DNA from: Planktothrix sp. GU0601_MAG3
GTDB taxonomy: Bacteria > Cyanobacteriota > Cyanobacteriia > Cyanobacteriales > Microcoleaceae
Assembly (NCBI GenBank): GCA_035193785.1
Contig: CP136572.1
Span: forward strand, 928,001 to 992,000
DNA length: 64,000 nt
Direction of reading: 5' to 3'
Shown here: positions 58,552 to 64,000 of the stretch, in pieces
Position numbering within the stretch: the first letter of the stretch is position 1
Layout of the letters: the number at the start of each line of letters is the position of its first letter
The notes under the pieces: model-generated
The model's database searches: none
Told to the model about the DNA's origin: nothing
Seen by the model: the letters and a program-made list of their open reading frames with translations, nothing else
Made by a program: the position numbers and the translations under genes

Positions 58552-59088
58552 ATGACAATGCCAGCAGAAATTAAGATTAAACTTTCAGCAATCAAGTTTC
58601 TGCCTCAGTCCCAGGGAGTTAACCATTCTAATCCTAGGGAACAACGACGTGGAGAAGAACGGAAGTATCTTCAGGGTATCTTTGCCGGGTCAGATGAAGA
58701 TGCGAAGGGAATTGCGAGAGTTTGGTTTTGTTCCGATGAAGAGCTTGAAGTAGCCTGGACTATTGCTCAAGAAGGCATGGGTGTTCTCGTTGTTGGCGAT
58801 GAAAAGGAGATTGACTTTGACAAGAAAACTATTGGTTTAAAAAATGCGCGAATTGCTCGTTATGATGCGAATGGAAAGTTTGAGCTTACAATTTCAGGCC
58901 AATCAGAACCTGAGATCCTAGAAGGAAATCCAAAAGATCTAGTAATCCTAACAGTAGTTGGTCGTATCGTGTTGATTCGACCCTCTATGTCAACTTCCGG
59001 TGGTTCTGGTCACAAAGTAGGTCTTAAAGCAAGGCACCTTTTGGCACAAGAACAGAAAAAACAAAAAGAAAATCAAACACCTAGCTGA
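58552..59088 (+). CDS. orphan hypothetical protein (178 aa) between the direct repeats
   Basis: AGGAG RBS; stop TGA lies within the start of repeat copy 2. Confidence 0.7.
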   Translation: MTMPAEIKIKLSAIKFLPQSQGVNHSNPREQRRGEERKYLQGIFAGSDEDAKGIARVWFCSDEELEVAWTIAQEGMGVLVVGDEKEIDFDKKTIGLKNARIARYDANGKFELTISGQSEPEILEGNPKDLVILTVVGRIVLIRPSMSTSGGSGHKVGLKARHLLAQEQKKQKENQTPS

Positions 59089-59527
59089 AAGAAATGGGGT
59101 TTGCTGTTTAAACTTCTGATTTTTGCAGAAACCTTTTTTGCGGGACAATTTGAGGAGGATTGATAAGTAAAAGTAATAAATCACAGCTATTCGTTTTAAA
59201 TTTTAAAAGAATCAAGGAAAAATCGGATTTTTTATTGAAAATAGCTGGCAATTACTTGACGAAACCATAGGCTTTGAGCTACGCTAGAAAAAACTCTCCC
59301 AAGGGCTAATTGTGACTATAGGCAAAAATAATAGTCGAAACCCTGAAAAATCGTTGAAGATTTAGGAATTTCAAGAGGTTTATGGCTGACTCGATGCACG
59401 GGTTTTTGGGAGAGAATGGCAAGCAAGGGGTAGGGGTATTGACAAAATCCATAATTTGTGCATAGGCGAGAAAACCCAGTTTGACCAAAAATTAAGAATT
59501 GGGTTGCTTGGGTGTCTCAAGTGGTGA
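59079..59527 (+). repeat. 449-bp non-coding direct repeat, copy 2
   Basis: Offset exactly 1050 bp from copy 1. Confidence 0.95.
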
Positions 59528-59649
59528 GATGATTGATATGCGGTCTAAGGATAATTCCAGAGCGACTTATGACATAGAATCCCAATTGGCTTGAGATTCT
59601 ATACTAAAGAGCACTCACGCACTCACTAAAGTTTACAGATAACATAATT

Positions 59650-61657
59650 ATGGTTGTTGCAGCCCAATCACTTGAAGAACTTTGCATTAATTCGATTCGC
59701 TTCCTAGCCATTGATGCAGTAGAAAAAGCTAAATCCGGCCACCCAGGACTACCCATGGGTGCAGCGCCGATGGCCTTTGTGTTGTGGGATCGGTTTATGC
59801 GGTTCAATCCCAAAAATCCTAAATGGTATAACCGCGATCGCTTTGTCCTGTCCGCAGGTCATGGCTGTATGTTGCAGTATGCCCTACTTTATTTAATGGG
59901 ATATGATAGCGTCACTTTAGATGATATTAAACAATTCCGTCAGTGGGGTTCTGTGACTCCTGGTCACCCGGAGAACTTTGAAACCTTGGGTGTGGAAGTC
60001 ACAACTGGCCCCTTGGGTCAAGGGATTGCCAATGGCGTTGGGTTAGCGATGGCCGAAGCCCACATGGCGGCGACCTTCAATAAACCCGATTCTGCACTGG
60101 TAGACCACTATACCTATGTCATCCTGGGTGATGGTTGTAACATGGAAGGGGTTTCTGGTGAAGCCTGTTCCTTAGCTGGACACCTGGGACTGGGTAAATT
60201 AATTGCCCTTTATGACGATAACCATATTTCCATTGATGGAAATACCGAGATTTCCTTTACTGAAGATGTGAGCAAACGGTTTGAGGCCTATGGCTGGCAC
60301 GTTCTGCACGTTGAGAATGGGAATACTGACTTAGATGGCATCGCCGACGCCATTGCTCAAGCCAAGGCAGTAACAGATAAACCGACTTTTATTAAAGTCA
60401 CCACCATCATTGGTTACGGTTCTCCTAATAAACAAAATACTGCTGGAGTTCACGGGGCTGCTTTGGGTACGGATGAAGTCGCCGCAACTCGGAAAAACCT
60501 GGGTTGGAACTATGAACCCTTTGAAGTTCCTGGTGATGCCTTAGCCCATTGCCGCAAAGCCGTTGAACGTGGGGCTGATCTGGAAACCGAATGGAATAAA
60601 ACTTGGGCTGACTATCAAGCCAAATATGGCCAAGAAGCCGCAGAATTTGAACGCCGCATTAGTGGAAAACTCCCCGAAGGTTGGGAAAAATCCCTACCAA
60701 CATTTACTCCCGCAGAAAAAGGGAAAGCCACTCGCCAATATTCTGAAGGATGTTTGAATGCCTTAGCTCCGGCTATTCCCGAATTAATTGGGGGTTTCGG
60801 CGGACTTAACCCACTCCAACTTAACGGAGATCAAGGGTTTTGGTAATTTCCAAAAAGGACAATATCAAAATCGTAACCTGCGTTTCGGTGTTCGGGAACA
60901 CGGAATGGGGGCAATTTGTAATGGTATCGGCTTACATGGTTCGGGCTTAGTTCCCTATTGTGCCACCTTCCTAGTCTTTGCTGACTATATGCGGGCGGCG
61001 ATTCGTTTAGCTGCTTTGTCGGAAATTGGTGTGATCTATGTGATGACCCATGACTCCATCGCCCTGGGGGAAGATGGGCCCACCCACCAACCTGTGGAAA
61101 CCATTGCCTCCTTGCGGGTGATTCCTAACTTGTTGGTGATGCGTCCAGCCGATGGTAATGAAACCTCCGGTGCGTATAAAATCGCTGTGGAAAACCGTCA
61201 TCGTCCGACTTTGTTGGCTTTAACCCGTCAAGCGTTACCGAACTTGAACGGTAGTTCTATTGATGCGGTCAGCAAAGGTGCTTATGTTCTGTCCGACTGC
61301 GACGGAACTCCCGATTTAATTTTAATCGGAACTGGAAGCGAAGTTTCTCTGTGTGTGGAATCAGCCGAAAAATTAGCCCATCAAGGGACAAAAGTTCGGG
61401 TGGTTTCTATGCCTTGTTGGGAACTGTTTGAAGAACAAGATGCTGCTTACAAAGAATCTGTGTTACCTAAAGCTGTGACCAAACGCTTGGCTGTGGAAGC
61501 TGGTTGTAGTTTCGGTTGGGAACGTTACACAGGTGGCGAAGGCGACATCATCGGTATTGATAGCTTCGGTGCCTCGGCTCCGGGTGGTGTGTTGATGGAG
61601 AAATTCGGTTTCACTGTTGATAATGTTTTAGCTAAAGCGAAAGCGTTATTAGGTTAA
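59650..61657 (+). CDS. tkt: transketolase; apparent +1 frameshift at ~60796
   Basis: [28 protein letters not shown] after correction, [16 protein letters not shown]. Confidence 0.97.
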
Positions 61658-61676
61658 ATCGGAATTGAATTAGATT

Positions 61677-61703
61677 AAAAAGGTGGGCTAGACCTGCCTT
61701 TTT
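61677..61703 (+). terminator. intrinsic terminator of tkt
   Basis: AAAAAGGTGGG-CTAGA-CCTGCCTTTTT. Confidence 0.7.
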
Positions 61704-61820
61704 AATTACGAATTACGAATTACGAATTACGAATTAAGAGTTAAGAGTTAAGAGTTAAGAGTTAAGAATTAAGAATTAACAATTAACAATTAAGAATTAA
61801 CAATTAAGAATTAACAATTA
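61704..61820. repeat. STRR heptamer array of 16 in-phase units plus a partial unit (AATTACG, AGTTAAG, AATTAAG, AATTAAC)
   Basis: Read directly. Confidence 0.92.
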
Positions 61821-61836
61821 TGGTTATACTTTTGGG

Positions 61837-63040
61837 ATGGACTTAAGGAAAATTTTCCCATTTTTGGAATCTTCTGTAACCCATTGGTCATTGGAAGCCC
61901 GATGGTTGCACTGGATAACCTTTCTCTGGTTATTTGTGGGCTTAATTGTGATGTTTTCTGCTTCCTATCCCATCGCCTACGCCGAACAGGGAGACGGATT
62001 ATATTATTTTAAACGTCAATTAATTTGGACGGCTGTTGGATTAGTCGGATTTAGTTTTATTGTTCAGTCTTCCCTAAGATTTTGGTTAAAAATTGCCCAA
62101 TGGGGGGTTTTAATTGTTCTGGGATTATTATTTCTAACTTTAGTTCCCGGGTTAGGAACTACTATTAATGGAGCTACTCGTTGGATTTCTATTGGGCCGA
62201 TTCCAATTCAACCTTCGGAGTTAATGAAGCCATTTTTAGTCTTACAAAGTGCCCGTTTCTTTGCTAATTGGTATCGTTTAAATTGGCAAATTCGGTTAAT
62301 TTGGTTAGGAATTTTTGGGATAATTTTATTATCTATTCTTACCCAGCCAAACCTCAGTACCACCGCCCTTTGTGGGATGACTATTTGGTTAGTGGCTTTG
62401 GCGGCGGGACTGCCTTTTTCCTATTTAGGAGGAACGGCTTTAGGTGGGGTATTTTTAGCTATTCTAAGTGTTACTATTAAAGAATATCAAAGACGACGAA
62501 TTTTATCTTTTTTAAATCCTTGGTCTGATCCAATGGGAGACGGATATCAGTTGGTTCAAAGTCTTTTGGCGGTGGGTTTCCGGTGGATTGTGGGGCACGG
62601 GATTAGGATTATCTCACCAAAAATTATATTATTTACCGATTCAATATAGCGATTTTATTTTCTCAGTTTATGCGGAAGAATTTGGCTTTATTGGGGGAAT
62701 ATTATTGTTATTATTATTAGCAATTTATGCAACCCTAGCCCTACGAGTAGCGATGAAAGCCAGACAAATTGAACATCAATTAGTAGCGGTGGGGGTGATG
62801 GTGGTGATGGTGGGGCAATCTTTATTAAATATTGCGGTAGCAACGGGTGTTTTACCAACTACAGGTTTACCTTTACCCCTATTTAGTTATGGGGGGAGTT
62901 CGATGATTGCTAGTTTAGCTTTAGCTGGGTTATTAATTCGGGTAGCTAGAGAGGAAAATCAAGCCCCGCTGATTTCTTTAGCTGATCATCGGTCAACCCA
63001 AAATCCACGTCGCGGAATTAGGCGATCGCAAATCCGTTAA
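61837..63040 (+). CDS. ftsW: SEDS family protein FtsW; apparent +1 frameshift at ~62577
   Basis: NGATRW, IQPSE..K, GYQL.QSL.A.GSGG, DFIF...EEFG, SYGGSS. Confidence 0.9.
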
Positions 63041-63059
63041 ATAACTAAATCTATTTTAG

Positions 63060-64000
63060 TTAAGTACATGAAATAGAATCTAGGCAACAATTTAGGGATT
63101 CTGAGGAATTAAATTCAATCGGAATAGTAATGATAAATTCAGTTCCTTGTCCAAATTCAGATTGAAATGATAGCATTCCTTCGTGATAATCTTCAACAAT
63201 TTCACGGCTAATAAATAGTCCGAGTCCCGTACCTTTTCCGATTGGTTTGGTTGTAAAAAACTGTTCAAATAGCCTCATCTTTACATCCCCATCCATTCCC
63301 AACCCATTATCGGTAATTTTCACCCTGACTCTATCGGGTTGGATCACCTCAGTTTTAATATTAATTATAGGAGTTTCCTGACCATTTTCCCATTTTTGTG
63401 TTGCTTCCTCCAAAGCATCAATAGCATTACCTAAAAGATTCATAAAAACCTGATTGATTTTGCCACCATAACATTTAACTAAAGGCAAATTCCCATAATC
63501 TTTTTGAATGATAATTTGCGGGCGATTAGATTTTTCCTTCAAGCGACTTTTTAAAATTAATAACGTACTTTCTAGCCCTTCCTGTAAATTAGTCGGTTTT
63601 ACTGTTAATTCATCTTTCCGCGAAAAATTTCTCAGGGATCGAGCAATTTCAAAAATCCGATCCGCAGATATTTTGACGGAACTAAAAACCTCTGGTAAAT
63701 CCTCAATTATAAATTCCAAACTCACCCCCTGCATATAGGATTGAATTTCTGCGATAGGTTGCGGACACTGTTGTTGATACATTCGCAGAACATAAATTAA
63801 ATCTTGAATATAGTTGTCAATACAATTAATATTTCCATAAATACAGTTAACAGGATTATTGATTTCATGGGCTAAACTGGCAATCATTTGACCCAAAGAA
63901 GCCATTTTTTCCTGATGGGACATCTGCGCTTGTGTTTCCTTGAGTTGTTTTAATGTATGAGAAAGTTTTTGGGCTTGAGCATAGGCGATTGCCGTGGTTT
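63060..64000 (-). CDS. sensor histidine kinase, C-terminal part (runs off window)
   Basis: EKMASLG...AHEINNP, QVFMNL..NA.DA, DNG.G, FFTTKP.GKGTGLGL. Confidence 0.92.
   Translation of the reverse strand, partial: TTAIAYAQAQKLSHTLKQLKETQAQMSHQEKMASLGQMIASLAHEINNPVNCIYGNINCIDNYIQDLIYVLRMYQQQCPQPIAEIQSYMQGVSLEFIIEDLPEVFSSVKISADRIFEIARSLRNFSRKDELTVKPTNLQEGLESTLLILKSRLKEKSNRPQIIIQKDYGNLPLVKCYGGKINQVFMNLLGNAIDALEEATQKWENGQETPIINIKTEVIQPDRVRVKITDNGLGMDGDVKMRLFEQFFTTKPIGKGTGLGLFISREIVEDYHEGMLSFQSEFGQGTEFIITIPIEFNSSESLNCCLDSISCT

Noticed and set aside
58029..59527. Composite transposon, CRISPR leader or integron attC
   Set aside because: The repeats encode no transposase, lack TIRs and TSD, are not followed by CRISPR repeats, and are far longer than attC with no R-box palindrome

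Overview
Chromosomal window from a filamentous, apparently non-heterocystous cyanobacterium. It is AT-rich, has frequent HIP1 octamers (GCGATCGC) and heptamer STRRs, and looks Oscillatoriales/Planktothrix-like (taxonomy is inference). It carries about 55 genes. Housekeeping: wecB, ldhA, def, rnz, xth, rpmF, obgE, psb32, tkt, ftsW. Signalling: cph1-rcp1-hybrid kinase, Crp/CysR-like, LysR. Others: a peptide ABC transporter, hetF and a hetZ-like gene, a BanI/HgiCI-like type II R-M system, an NB-ARC/WD40 protein, and many REP/MITE elements. No rRNA, tRNA, CRISPR array, transposase or reverse transcriptase was found. Main observations: (1) 24 of the 25 clear frameshifts, several in essential genes, are the same +1 change at GAAC/GTTC (read as GAAAC/GTTTC), the known Dnd phosphorothioation motif, probably a base-calling fingerprint of a DNA modification; (2) an orphan ORF sits between two ~92% identical, indel-free 449-bp non-coding direct repeats (1050-bp unit) upstream of tkt; (3) a three-level nested MITE/REP structure with readable target-site duplications; (4) the 117-bp 3' end of a zinc-ribbon gene is triplicated; (5) an acidic, internally duplicated GifA-like small protein lies behind an NtcA-like site.
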